Origin: Myxococcota bacterium
GTDB lineage: Bacteria; Myxococcota_A; UBA796; UBA2385
Assembly (NCBI GenBank): GCA_044344255.1
Contig: JBIJDH010000004.1
Coordinates: 224,001 to 288,000, forward strand
Length of the DNA: 64,000 bases
Reading direction: 5' to 3'
Position numbers and translations under genes: made by a program. Positions 49,183-59,372 of the stretch are shown piece after piece. The notes below the pieces were generated by a model. The model saw only the letters and a program-made list of their open reading frames with translations, ran no database searches and had not been told where the DNA came from. Position 1 is the first letter of the stretch. Every line of letters begins with the position of its first letter.

Positions 49183-50343
49183 GTGACCGCGATGGGTCCG
49201 GCGGAGGGTACGATGGTGCCTCCGGACAGGGGGCGAGCGTTGGATCCCAGGTCTCCCTTCGGGGGCGTGTTGCGGCTCGGCCTCTGGGCGCGGCTCTCCC
49301 GCTGGTGGTTGGGGGTAGGCCCCCTCCGCGCGCGCCCTGGGTCGGCGCGGGGCCCGCTTGCGATCGGCGCCTCCCCTGCGCTGGCCCCTGCCGGCTCCTC
49401 TCCGCGCCTCGCCGCCCCCTGGCTGGGAGACGTGGAGGCCCCCTCGGTGGAGGCATCCCAGGTCCGGGCCTGGCTCGTCGGCTCCCTGCTCGAGGAGCGG
49501 GATCGGCACGTCCCCGGCCCCGATCGGGACCTGGTGGAGCGGCTCCTCCGCCTCCTCGGCTCGCAGACCCTCGACTTCCCCCTCTTCCCCGACGTCGCCT
49601 GGGAGCTGAACACCCTGCTCCAGCGGGGCGACCCCTCGATCACCGAGGTGGCGCGCCTGGTTCGGCGGGAGCCCGACCTCGTGCGACGGGTGTGGGCGGA
49701 GGCGTCGGGCGCGGAGTTCGCGCGGAAGGTCGGTAGCTTGAACCATGCGATCGCGCGGATCGGCTTCGACTCCCTCTGGCGGGTCGTCATGCGGGCCTCG
49801 ATGCAGTCCACCGTCTTCAAGGTGCGAGGCTGGCAAGGGGCGGTCGATCAGGCCCGCAGCGTCGCGATCGTCACCGCCGAGGTGGCGGCTTGGCTCGGCG
49901 ACGAGGGGCGAGGGGATCTCTTCCTCTCCGGTCTGCTCCACAACGCCGGTCAGCTCCTCGTGCTCCGGGCCGCGGGGCCGCCGCGCGCCGCCGATGGGCT
50001 GCCCGGTCGGGCCTTCGTGCTCGACCTCCAGCGCCGCCTCTCCGCCTCCTTTGGCCTCCTTGTGGCAGACACCTGGCAGCTTGGGCCGACGGTGGGCGCC
50101 GCGATCGCCTTCTGTCCGGCCCCCCTCCGCGCTCCACCGGAGCACCGCGAGGGGGCGACCATCGTCCAGATCGCGCGGATCGCCGCGCTCACGGCGCTGG
50201 AGGCCCGCACACACCGTGACGTCGGCGGCGTGGCGGCCCTCTTCGCGATCCAAGGCCTCACCTTCGATCCAGCGCGCACCGTCGAGAAGGCGGTGGGCGC
50301 CCTCAAGCAGCTCGAAGCCGGCGGCGGGACTATCCCCGGCTGA
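49183..50343 (+). CDS. HDOD domain protein
   Basis: FPLFPDVA, VRREPDL, SLNHAIARIG, LSGLLHNAG, TWQL. Start uncertain. Confidence 0.8.
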   Translation: MTAMGPAEGTMVPPDRGRALDPRSPFGGVLRLGLWARLSRWWLGVGPLRARPGSARGPLAIGASPALAPAGSSPRLAAPWLGDVEAPSVEASQVRAWLVGSLLEERDRHVPGPDRDLVERLLRLLGSQTLDFPLFPDVAWELNTLLQRGDPSITEVARLVRREPDLVRRVWAEASGAEFARKVGSLNHAIARIGFDSLWRVVMRASMQSTVFKVRGWQGAVDQARSVAIVTAEVAAWLGDEGRGDLFLSGLLHNAGQLLVLRAAGPPRAADGLPGRAFVLDLQRRLSASFGLLVADTWQLGPTVGAAIAFCPAPLRAPPEHREGATIVQIARIAALTALEARTHRDVGGVAALFAIQGLTFDPARTVEKAVGALKQLEAGGGTIPG

Positions 50344-51610
50344 TCGAGCCGGTGATCTCTTCGGTGGGCGGGGGCCCGGGATCGGGGAGGGTGATCAGCT
50401 CCCACGATGCACGCGCCTGGCTGATCGCGACGTCCGGATCGAAGCCCAGCGCCGCGATCTCCTGGCGGGCGACGGCGAGGGTGGGATCGGAGAGGTCGGT
50501 GATCTGCGAGGCGTGAGCCGCGATGTGGGCCGCGTGTACGATCGAGGCGACGCTCTTGTGCATCGCTGGGGCGTGGTTGGGGGCGTGGTGGAAGCCGATG
50601 CCAGCCGCCACGCTCTCGTCGAGCTTCCAGGAGTCGGCGACCAGCACGCCGAAGGCGGAGTGGGTGCGCTCGATGACCCGCCGCACCATCTGCGGGCTCG
50701 CGCGCATGGTCGAAGCGCGTCCCCCCGCCGTGCGCAAGATGATGAGGTGCCCCACGTCGTGGAGGAGGCCTGCGAGGTAGAGGGTGCCGCGGCGCTCCCC
50801 GCCCAGGGCCGCAGCGACGTCTGCGGTGATGAGGCCGTGCGCACGCACGTCGTCGGCCATCTCCTGGAAGCCCTCGACCCGGAACACCGTGTCGTTCAAG
50901 CAGACGCTCATGCCGATCTGCCACAGCGTGTCCAAGCCCACCCGCGCGACCGCATGGTGGAGGCTCCGCGGCGCGGTGTTGTACATGGCGCTGCGCGCGC
51001 AGGTCCAGACTCGACGGATCAGGCCCGGATCTCGCTCGACGACCCTCGCGATCTGGGGGAGGTCGACGTCGGGCTGCCGGAGCAGGGCGTCGAGCTCGCG
51101 GGCGATGTCGGGGAAGGGGGGGAGGTCGAGCTGGCGGCGATCGACCCGCTGGATGAGCCGCTCGACCAGGCGGAGGTCGCCCTCTGAGGTGGGGCTGCGC
51201 TCGGCGCGCACCTCGTCGACGAGGCGGTGGAGCTCGGCGAGGAGGGCGGTGTGGACCTGATTGGGGTCCAGCGAGGTGACTCGATCGCCGTTTACCCAGG
51301 ATCGAGGTGATGGCGTCGCAGGAGGGCGCGGCTTCACCGTCATGGGAGGCCCGGCTTGCTCGAGCTCCACCGCGATCGAGATCTCCGCCGTCGGGCTCTC
51401 GAAGGAGACCGGCCGCACGGGAGCGGTCTCCTCATTGGCCAGGGACCTCGCCGCATCGGCCAGCGACACCTCGGCTGCGGGAGCGACCGCCGGGGCGGCC
51501 TCGACCCCCGCCAGCGGCGGTTGCGGCGAAGGTTCTACCTTGCCTTCGACCTTGTTCTCAAGCCTGAGGAGTCGGCGGAGCCATTGCAGCATGGGGGTAG
51601 CGTACTCCAC
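50330..51610 (-). CDS. HDOD domain protein
   Basis: LPPFPDIA, VERDPGL, SLHHAVARVG, LAGLLHDVG, SWKL...IGFHH. Confidence 0.85.
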   Translation of the reverse strand: MEYATPMLQWLRRLLRLENKVEGKVEPSPQPPLAGVEAAPAVAPAAEVSLADAARSLANEETAPVRPVSFESPTAEISIAVELEQAGPPMTVKPRPPATPSPRSWVNGDRVTSLDPNQVHTALLAELHRLVDEVRAERSPTSEGDLRLVERLIQRVDRRQLDLPPFPDIARELDALLRQPDVDLPQIARVVERDPGLIRRVWTCARSAMYNTAPRSLHHAVARVGLDTLWQIGMSVCLNDTVFRVEGFQEMADDVRAHGLITADVAAALGGERRGTLYLAGLLHDVGHLIILRTAGGRASTMRASPQMVRRVIERTHSAFGVLVADSWKLDESVAAGIGFHHAPNHAPAMHKSVASIVHAAHIAAHASQITDLSDPTLAVARQEIAALGFDPDVAISQARASWELITLPDPGPPPTEEITGSISRG

Positions 51611-51663
51611 TCCGCGCGCCGTGGCGCTCTCGGTCCGGCAGATTCAGCGTGAGCCCCCTCGCC

Positions 51664-53574
51664 TCAGACGTCCAGCACGTCGACGAGGGCCATCCACTCG
51701 GTGATCTCGCGGTATCGGGTCTGCGCGTCCTTGCCCATCAGGTCGCTCACCACCTTGTCCGTCTCGAGCCGGGCCCCCTCCGGGATCGCGACCCGGAGGA
51801 GGCGTCGCTTCGTGGGATCGAGGGTCGTCTCGTACAGGGTCTTGGGCATCATCTCGCCGAGCCCCTTGAAGCGGCTGATCTCCGGCTTGATCCGGGGCGG
51901 AATCCGCTTCAGCAGGCGGTCGCGCTCGACCTCGTCCTTCGCCCACCAAGTCTGTTTACCTGCATCGATTCGGTAGAGGGGGGGCTGTGCGAGGAACACA
52001 TGCCCCTTGTCGATGAGCGGCGTCAGGTAGCGGTAGAAGAAGGTGAGCAGCAAGGTGGCGATGTGGTGGCCGTCGCTGTCGGCGTCCATCAGCAGGATGA
52101 TCTTGTTGTACCGGAGGCGGCTGAGATCAAAGTCCTTGCCCACCCCGCAGCCCACGGCGGAGACGATGTCGTTCAGCTCGCTGTTCTCGAGCACCTTCTT
52201 CAGCGTGGCTTGCTCGGCGTTGAGCACCTTCCCTCGCAGGGGGAGGATGGCCTGGAAGGCGCGGTCTCGACCCTGTTTGGCGGAGCCACCGGCGCTGTCC
52301 CCTTCGACGATGAAGAGCTCACAGAGGCCTGGATCGCCACTTGAACAGTCGGCCAGCTTGCCGGGGAGGTTGAGGCGGCGGCTGACGGGGCTCTTCCGGC
52401 GCACCTGCTCGGTGGCGTCGCGGGAGGCCTGCCGGGCGCGGGCCGAGAGCACGACCCGGCTCAGGATGGCGTCAGCCTGGCTGCGGTGGTCGTGGAGCCA
52501 CTTCTCGAGGGCCACGCGGACCACTCCGTCCACCTGGCCTTTGACCTCGACGTTGTTCAGCTTGTCCTTCGTCTGTCCCTGGAACTGGGGCTCGGCGATG
52601 AAGATCGAGCAGACGGCCACGATGCCCTCGCGGATGTCCTCCGCGGTCAGCTTGATGCCCTTCGGGATCTGCACCTCGTGGGTGTCGACGTAGTTACGCA
52701 GCGCCTTGGCGACGGCGTCCTTCAACCCCTGCTCGTGGGTGCCGCCGTCGCGGGTGGGGATGCCGTTGACGAAGGACAGGAAGCGCTCCCGGGGCGCGTC
52801 CGACCAGGAGAGGGCGAGCTGGATGCGCGGCTCGGCCTCGCGCTCGAGGAGGAAGGGGCGGTCGGTGGTCATGGTGACCCCCGACTGCTGCACGGCGTGC
52901 TGGAGGAACTCCGAGACCCCGCCGGGATGGCAGTACTCCTCCCGCTTGCCGGTGGTGTCATCCGCGAAGCTGACCTTCAGCCCCTTGTTGAGGAAGGAGC
53001 AGGTCTCGAGGTGCTCGCTGATCACCTCGGCGTCGAAGACGAACTCTCCGAAGATCTCGTCGTCGGGCGTAAAGCTGATCGCGGTGCCGGTCGCCCGGGT
53101 GGCGCGGCCCTTGCGCATCGGCCCCGTGGGCTTTCCCCGTCGAAATTCCTGGGCCCACTCAAAGCCGTCTCGGCGAACCGTGGCGCCGAGGTGGACGGAG
53201 AGGGCGTTGACCACGCTGGAGCCGACGCCGTGGAGGCCGCCGGAGGTGGAGTACCCGCCCTCTCCGAACTTGCCGCCGGAGTGCAGCGTGGTGAGGATCA
53301 CCTCCAGCGCTGGCTTGCCGACCTTGGGGTGCACGTCGACCGGGATGCCGCGGCCGTTGTCGGTGACCACCACCGTGCGCCCGTCGGCCTTGATGCGGAC
53401 CTCGATCTGGCTCGCGTGACCGTTCATGGCCTCGTCGACCGCATTATCTACGATCTCGCGGACGAGGTGGTGCAGCCCCTCCTTCCCGGTGCCGCCGATG
53501 TACATGCCGGGGCGCTTGCGGACCGGCTCCAGGCCCTCGAGGACGGAGATCGAGGAGGCGTCATAGGTGCTCAT
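51664..53574 (-). CDS. parE: Type IIA topoisomerase subunit B (ParE/GyrB family; probably topoisomerase IV)
   Basis: VRKRPGMYIG, EIVDNAVDE, GGLHGVG, VEGDSAGG, PLRGK, DADSDG, RFKGLGEM; 636 aa. Confidence 0.85.
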   Translation of the reverse strand: MSTYDASSISVLEGLEPVRKRPGMYIGGTGKEGLHHLVREIVDNAVDEAMNGHASQIEVRIKADGRTVVVTDNGRGIPVDVHPKVGKPALEVILTTLHSGGKFGEGGYSTSGGLHGVGSSVVNALSVHLGATVRRDGFEWAQEFRRGKPTGPMRKGRATRATGTAISFTPDDEIFGEFVFDAEVISEHLETCSFLNKGLKVSFADDTTGKREEYCHPGGVSEFLQHAVQQSGVTMTTDRPFLLEREAEPRIQLALSWSDAPRERFLSFVNGIPTRDGGTHEQGLKDAVAKALRNYVDTHEVQIPKGIKLTAEDIREGIVAVCSIFIAEPQFQGQTKDKLNNVEVKGQVDGVVRVALEKWLHDHRSQADAILSRVVLSARARQASRDATEQVRRKSPVSRRLNLPGKLADCSSGDPGLCELFIVEGDSAGGSAKQGRDRAFQAILPLRGKVLNAEQATLKKVLENSELNDIVSAVGCGVGKDFDLSRLRYNKIILLMDADSDGHHIATLLLTFFYRYLTPLIDKGHVFLAQPPLYRIDAGKQTWWAKDEVERDRLLKRIPPRIKPEISRFKGLGEMMPKTLYETTLDPTKRRLLRVAIPEGARLETDKVVSDLMGKDAQTRYREITEWMALVDVLDV

Positions 53575-53577
53575 GGC

Positions 53578-55989
53578 TCACTCCTCGCCGCGGCCGACGG
53601 GGCTCGGCCGGTCGTCGTCGCGGGGCTCATCGGGGGGGCGCAGCAGGTCGAGGCGGCAGAGGTTGGGCCTCCACGGCTGGAGCTTTCCGCTGCGGATGAC
53701 CCCCTTGCCCCGGGCGGCGCGGGCGCCCTGGAAGCGGCTCGGGCTGATGATCTCGAGCTTGCCCACGCCGGTCGTGACCGTGGGGCCGACGGCCTTGTCG
53801 CGGCTGAGCTCGAAGGCGAGCAGCGTGTCTCCCTCGTCGAGCTTGATCGCCGTGACCCCCTTGCCGGCGGCCTTGACCACGCTCACCTCGGTCACCGAGA
53901 AGCAGAGCGCCCGGCCCTCGGTGCTGGCGACGCAGACCGTCTCGGTGCCATCGGAGATGAGCACGGAGATCACGCCGTCGTCGGCCTCGTCGGTCTTGAC
54001 GTACCGGCGGCCGTTCTTGTTGGACACCTCGGCGTGCGTGGAGAGCGGGAAGCGGAGGCAGCGGCCCTGTCGGGTGACCGCGACGCCGTGCGGCGGCGGG
54101 GCCTCGATGTTGCCGGCCTCGTCGGGGACGCCGTCCAGCAGGGCCTCGGGCACCTCGGGGAGGGAGGCGCGGTCGTGGATGGCCACGCCCACCACCCGCT
54201 CGCCGTCGGCGAAGGAGAAGTGGCGCTGGACGGGCTCCCCGTGGCCGGCCGTGCTCACGAGATCGTCGATGCGCAGCACATAGGCGCCGCCGCGGTCGGT
54301 GAAGAAGGTGACGGTGGCGCGGGTGCTGCCCTTGCCGATCCAGCCCACGGCGTCGCCCTCGCGGACGCGGATGCGCTCGACGCCGTTGAAGCTGCCCTGG
54401 CGCTTCACCCAGCCGTCGCGGGTGACGACGACGTAGGCGTCTTCGGCGAGGATGTAGGCGTTCTCGTCGTAGGAGGGGTCGTCACCCTCGAGGCCGATGT
54501 CGGTGCGGCGCGGCTCGGCGTAGGCCTTACGGAGCTCCTGCAGCTCCTTGCGCACCTCCGCCTGGAGCAGGCGCTCGCTGGAGAGCAGCCCTTCGATGTG
54601 GAGGGCCGCCGCCCGCTTCTCTCCGAGCTCCTCTTGAATCGCCAGGATCTCGAGCTTGGCCAGCTTGTAGAGGCGGAGCTCGAGGATGGCTTCGGTCTGC
54701 AGATCGTCGAGGTTGAAGCGGTCCATCAGGCGCTCAGCGGCGTCGCGTTTGCCCTCTGATGCGCGGATGATTCGGATGACCTCGTCGAGCACGTCGAAGA
54801 CGCGGGCGAAGCCGTCGAGGATGTGGATGCGGGCGCGGAGCTGCTCGAGCTCGTAGATGAAGCGGCGGCGCACCGTCGTGATGCGGAAGTCGAGCCAGTA
54901 CCGGAGCATCTCTCGGAGCGAGCAGCGCATCGGCACCGCGGGCAGCTCGGAGTCCTCGGCGGGGACGAGGCAGGTCAGGTTGACCGGGAAGCTGGTCTGG
55001 AGGGCGGTGTGCTTGAAGAGGAAGGCCATCGCCGCCTGCTCGTCGCCCTCCTGGCGGAGCTCCAGCACCACCCGCACGACGTCGGTGGACTCATCGCGCA
55101 CGTCTTGGAGCTGGGGGATCTTCCGTTCAGAGATGAGCAGACCGATCTTCTCGACCAGCACCGCCTTGTTGGTGGCGTAGGGCACCTCGGTCACGACGAT
55201 GAAGTGCTTACGGCCCACCTTCTCGGTGGTCCAGCGGGCCCGGGTGCGGACGCTGCCCTGGCCCGTCTCGTAGATGTCGGCCAGCTCTTCGCGACTGTTC
55301 AGGATAATCCCGCCGGTGGGGAAGTCAGGGCCCTTCACCTTCTTGCACAGCGCGGCGCCGGTCACGTCGGGATCGTCGATCAGCAGTGTGACGGCGTCGA
55401 TGATCTCGCGCAGGTTGTGCGGCGGGATCCGGGTGGCCATTCCCACCGCGATGCCCTCCGCCCCGTTGACGAGGAGCTGGGGGAGCTGGGCAGGGAGCAC
55501 CACGGGCTCAGCGTGCTGGCCGTCGTAATTGGGCCGGAAGTCGACCGTCTGCTGCTTGATCTCGGAGAGGAGATCGACCGCGAGTGGGCGGAGCTTGCAC
55601 TCGGTATACCGCATGGCCGCGGCGTTATCACCGTCCATCGAGCCGAAGTTGCCCTGGCCGTCGATGAGCATGTGGCGGAGGGAGAAGGGCTGCGCCATGC
55701 GCACGAGCGCGTCGTAGATGCTGGTGTCGCCGTGGGGGTGGTACTTCGCCATCACCTCGCCGACCACCGCCGCGCTCTTTCGGTAGCGGGCGTCCGGCGT
55801 CAGGTGGAGGTTATTGTACATGGCGTACAGAATGCGCCGCTGCACCGGCTTCAGGCCGTCTCGCACGTCGGGGAGGGCGCGCGCGGTGATGACCGAGAGG
55901 GCGTAGTTCAGGTAGCGGTGGCGCGTGACCTCGTGGAGGCTTGCGTCGTCGATACCGGAGTGCGGAGGGGTCGATGTGGGCTTTGGCAT
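53578..55989 (-). CDS. parC: Type IIA topoisomerase subunit A (ParC-like)
   Basis: [29 protein letters not shown] catalytic Tyr; no QxRGGKG GyrA-box at the first CTD blade. Confidence 0.85.
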   Translation of the reverse strand: MPKPTSTPPHSGIDDASLHEVTRHRYLNYALSVITARALPDVRDGLKPVQRRILYAMYNNLHLTPDARYRKSAAVVGEVMAKYHPHGDTSIYDALVRMAQPFSLRHMLIDGQGNFGSMDGDNAAAMRYTECKLRPLAVDLLSEIKQQTVDFRPNYDGQHAEPVVLPAQLPQLLVNGAEGIAVGMATRIPPHNLREIIDAVTLLIDDPDVTGAALCKKVKGPDFPTGGIILNSREELADIYETGQGSVRTRARWTTEKVGRKHFIVVTEVPYATNKAVLVEKIGLLISERKIPQLQDVRDESTDVVRVVLELRQEGDEQAAMAFLFKHTALQTSFPVNLTCLVPAEDSELPAVPMRCSLREMLRYWLDFRITTVRRRFIYELEQLRARIHILDGFARVFDVLDEVIRIIRASEGKRDAAERLMDRFNLDDLQTEAILELRLYKLAKLEILAIQEELGEKRAAALHIEGLLSSERLLQAEVRKELQELRKAYAEPRRTDIGLEGDDPSYDENAYILAEDAYVVVTRDGWVKRQGSFNGVERIRVREGDAVGWIGKGSTRATVTFFTDRGGAYVLRIDDLVSTAGHGEPVQRHFSFADGERVVGVAIHDRASLPEVPEALLDGVPDEAGNIEAPPPHGVAVTRQGRCLRFPLSTHAEVSNKNGRRYVKTDEADDGVISVLISDGTETVCVASTEGRALCFSVTEVSVVKAAGKGVTAIKLDEGDTLLAFELSRDKAVGPTVTTGVGKLEIISPSRFQGARAARGKGVIRSGKLQPWRPNLCRLDLLRPPDEPRDDDRPSPVGRGEE

Positions 55990-56073
55990 GGCGGCCGCAG
56001 TATGACCCGCCGCCCGCTGGGAGGCACGGTCAATAGCTGTCCGCGGATCAACAGCCGGGGCGCCGGCCGCGGC

Positions 56074-57102
56074 TCAGCCGGGGAGGCGACCGGTGGCGCG
56101 CAGCAGCTCGGCGTTGGCGATCGCCGCTCCGGCCGCGCCGCGGATGGTGTTGTGGCCGAGGGCGTAGAACTTCACGCCCAGGACGGGGCAGCGCTCGACC
56201 CGCCCCACCGTGACCCCCATCCCGCCGTGGGCCATGGCGTCAAAGCGGGGCGAGGGGCGGTCTCTCCGGTGGGTCAACAGCAGCGGCGGGCGCGGGCAGC
56301 TCGGCAGCGGCGGCGCCTCCCCCTGCCAGGTGACCATCGCCTCGACCACGGCCTCGACGGAGGGATCGCCCGAGAGCCGAACGTGTACGCCGACGAGGTG
56401 GCCATCCGCCACCGGGACGCGCACGCAGCGGGCAGAGAGCGGGAAGGTGGCGGGGGAGGTGGGGGTGCCGAGCATCTTCTGAGGCTCAATCGCCAGCTTC
56501 TCTTCTTCGTTTCCCGCGTGAGGGTGTACGTTTCCCACCATGTCCCAGGCGCTCTCGCCGGGGTATCCGGCGCCCGAGACCGCCTGCCAGGTCGAGACCG
56601 TGAGGGCCTCCACCCCCCAGCGCCGGTGCAGGGGCGCAAGGGCCATCACGAGGGGGATCGCGCAACAGTTGGCGTTGGCGACGATGAAGCCCGGCCCCTG
56701 CCGATCGATGAGGCAGAGGTGATCGGGGTTGACCTCGGGGATGATGAGGGGGACGTCGGGATCGGCGCGGAAGGCGCTGGCGTTGGTGACCACGGCGAAG
56801 CCGGCCGCCCGGAAGGCGGCCTCGATGGGCCCGGCCACCTGGGCGTCGAGGGCCGAGATCACGAGCCTCAGCCCGGGGGGCATCGCCGAGGGCTCGCAGG
56901 GCAGCACGGGCAAGGCGCCGATCTGGGCCGGCACGTCACCTTCGAGGCGCCAGGCCGTCGCCAGGGCGTAGGGCTGGCCCACCGAGCGGGAGGAGGCGGC
57001 GACGGCCTCGACGCGGAACCAGGGGTGGGCCTGGAGGCGCTCGATCAGGCGCTGACCGACCATGCCGGTGGCGCCGAGGATGGCGACAGGGGTGAAGCTC
57101 AT
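56074..57102 (-). CDS. asd: Aspartate-semialdehyde dehydrogenase
   Basis: GATGMVGQ, PEVNPDH, NANCC, QAVSGAGYPG, EEEK, RVPVADGH, HNTIRGAAG. Confidence 0.92.
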   Translation of the reverse strand: MSFTPVAILGATGMVGQRLIERLQAHPWFRVEAVAASSRSVGQPYALATAWRLEGDVPAQIGALPVLPCEPSAMPPGLRLVISALDAQVAGPIEAAFRAAGFAVVTNASAFRADPDVPLIIPEVNPDHLCLIDRQGPGFIVANANCCAIPLVMALAPLHRRWGVEALTVSTWQAVSGAGYPGESAWDMVGNVHPHAGNEEEKLAIEPQKMLGTPTSPATFPLSARCVRVPVADGHLVGVHVRLSGDPSVEAVVEAMVTWQGEAPPLPSCPRPPLLLTHRRDRPSPRFDAMAHGGMGVTVGRVERCPVLGVKFYALGHNTIRGAAGAAIANAELLRATGRLPG

Positions 57103-57218
57103 GGCCGGCTCCGTTCGCGCCCGATGCGGGTGGGTGGGGCGGCCATGCTACCCCGGTAGGACGGCCCAGGGCAGCCGCGATAGGCGCCCCCGCCGGAGCT
57201 TGAACACGGAGACAGGAC

Positions 57219-59156
57219 ATGCTCGACGCTGATCTCGACCTCCTCCCCGCGGTGCTGCGCGCCTATGGGCCGAGCCGATGCTCCCTGGAGCGCCTCGGCC
57301 GGGAGCCCGCGCTGGCGGACGGCCCCGGTCGCGGCCTCGAGGGCGCGGTGGAGCGGCATGGTGTGGGCCCGCTCGTGGCGGCCCTGGTCCCCGGCGATCG
57401 CCTCGTCCTCGCCGACGAGGGGATTGAGCTCGAGCTCGTCCGCGAGGCGGACGGCGCGCTGCTCCGCGCGCGGTGGTTCGACGGCCCGGCCTACGAGGAG
57501 CGGCTGCCCGCCGGCGTCTCCAGCCTGGAGCGGCTGTTGGGCCTCCCCGTCGCCGAGCCCGCACCGGCCGGCGCCGTCGCGCGCCCCGTGGTGTCGCACC
57601 CTCCCCCGCTCGCGCCGCGGGCGTCCCCCACGAGCCTCCCCCTCGAGGGCGCCGCGCTGGTCGAGGCCCTCCATGATCCCGCCCGCCCGCTGTGGGCGCT
57701 GGGCGGCAGGGTCTACCCCTCTCCGGTAGACGGCGGCAGCCCCATCCCCGTCGTGACGGCGGGCGCCCTCGGCTCTCGCGACTTCTGCGCCGCGCACGGC
57801 CTCCGCGCCCCCTACATCGCCGGCGCGATGGCGGGGGGCATCGCCTCGGTGGAGCTCGTCGTGGCGATGGGCAAGGCCGGCCTCGTCGGCTTCTTCGGCG
57901 CGGGTGGGCTAGACCTCCCCGCGGTCGCCGCCGCGGTGGACCGCATCCAGGCCGCCCTCGGCCCCACGGCCCCCGCCGGCTTCAACCTGCTCCACAACCC
58001 GGCCGAGCCCTCCGTCGAGGAGGCGACCGTCGATCTGTACCTGTCGCGCCGCTGCCGAATGGTCTCGGCCAGCGCCTACATGGGCCTCACCCCCGCGGTC
58101 GTGCGCTACCGCCTGAGCGGGCTCCACCGCGGGCCGAGCGGCGAGCTCGTCGTCCCCAACAAGGTCTTCGCCAAGGTGAGCCGGCTCGAGGTGGCGGAGC
58201 GCTTCATGCGGCCGGCCCCGAAGGCGATGATCGCCGAGCTCCTCGCTGCCGGGCGCATCAGCACCGCCGAGGCCGAGCTCGCCCCGCTCGTGCCCCTCGC
58301 CGAGGACATCACCGCCGAGGCCGACTCCGGCGGTCACACCGACCACCGGCCCCTCGTCGTGCTGCTGCCCGCCTTCCTCCGCCTGCGGGACCGGGTCTCC
58401 GCCGAGGAGGGTTACGCCGCGCGCGGCCTCTCGCTCCGGGTGGGCGGCGCCGGCGGCCTGGGTGACCCTGCCTCTGTTCACGCCGCCTTCGCGATGGGCG
58501 CCGACTACGTGCTGACCGGCTCGGTGAACCAGGCCTGCGTCGAGGCGGGGACGAGCGCGGTCGCCAAGGCGATGGTCGCCGCCTCTGGCATCGCCGACTG
58601 CACCACCGGCCCGGCCCCCGACATGTTCGAGATCGGGGCCCACGTGCAGGTCCTCGGGGCCGGCACGATGTACGCCCAGCGCGCGCAGCGGCTCTACGAC
58701 CTCTATCGGCGCCACCGCTCCCTCGAGGAGATCTCCGAAGAGGACCGGAAGAAGGTGGAGTCCACCATCCTCCGCCGCAGCTTCGACGAGGTCTGGGCCG
58801 ACACCCGCGCCTACTGGGCCGCCCGCGACGCCCGCGAGGTGGAGCGCGCCGAGGCCGATCCCCACCACCGCATGGCCCTCGTCTTCCGCTGGTACCTCGG
58901 CATGACCAGCCGCTGGGCCCGCATCGGCGACGCCGAGCGGAAGCGCGACTTCCAGATCTGGTGCGGCCCGGCCGCCGGTCTGTTCAACGACTGGGTGAAG
59001 GGCAGCGCGCTCGAGCCCGTGGAGGGCCGCACGGTGGTCGGCGTGGCCGACGCCCTGCTCACCGGTGCCGCCGCCCTCCGCCGCGTGGAGGTGGCGCGCG
59101 CCCTCGGCGTGGCCCTGCCGCCGGGCGCGTCCTCACCGAGGCCTCGCCTCGGCTGA
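57219..59156 (+). CDS. pfaD: PfaD-family FMN enoyl reductase (PUFA/polyketide synthesis) with an N-terminal extension
   Basis: YIAGAMAGGIAS, FAKVSR, AEADSGGHTD, TGSVNQ, PAPDMFE, FRWYLG, DFQIWCGPA. Confidence 0.9.
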   Translation: MLDADLDLLPAVLRAYGPSRCSLERLGREPALADGPGRGLEGAVERHGVGPLVAALVPGDRLVLADEGIELELVREADGALLRARWFDGPAYEERLPAGVSSLERLLGLPVAEPAPAGAVARPVVSHPPPLAPRASPTSLPLEGAALVEALHDPARPLWALGGRVYPSPVDGGSPIPVVTAGALGSRDFCAAHGLRAPYIAGAMAGGIASVELVVAMGKAGLVGFFGAGGLDLPAVAAAVDRIQAALGPTAPAGFNLLHNPAEPSVEEATVDLYLSRRCRMVSASAYMGLTPAVVRYRLSGLHRGPSGELVVPNKVFAKVSRLEVAERFMRPAPKAMIAELLAAGRISTAEAELAPLVPLAEDITAEADSGGHTDHRPLVVLLPAFLRLRDRVSAEEGYAARGLSLRVGGAGGLGDPASVHAAFAMGADYVLTGSVNQACVEAGTSAVAKAMVAASGIADCTTGPAPDMFEIGAHVQVLGAGTMYAQRAQRLYDLYRRHRSLEEISEEDRKKVESTILRRSFDEVWADTRAYWAARDAREVERAEADPHHRMALVFRWYLGMTSRWARIGDAERKRDFQIWCGPAAGLFNDWVKGSALEPVEGRTVVGVADALLTGAAALRRVEVARALGVALPPGASSPRPRLG

Positions 59157-59372
59157 GCCTTGCGTCTTCGCTCTTGCCCGGAGCCGCCCCGGAGCCCGTG
59201 CTCGGGGTCCGCCGGGCAGTGCTCAACTTTCCAATCCGATCCGACATAACGGCGCATTGTGGCGCGGGAGTCCGGTGTTGGCGACACGTCGTGCCGAAAG
59301 TATGAACGCTTGGTCAGCCCTCGTCTCCTCGCTCGTCGAGTGGAGCGCGTTATACTGCCGACGGAGTTACCC

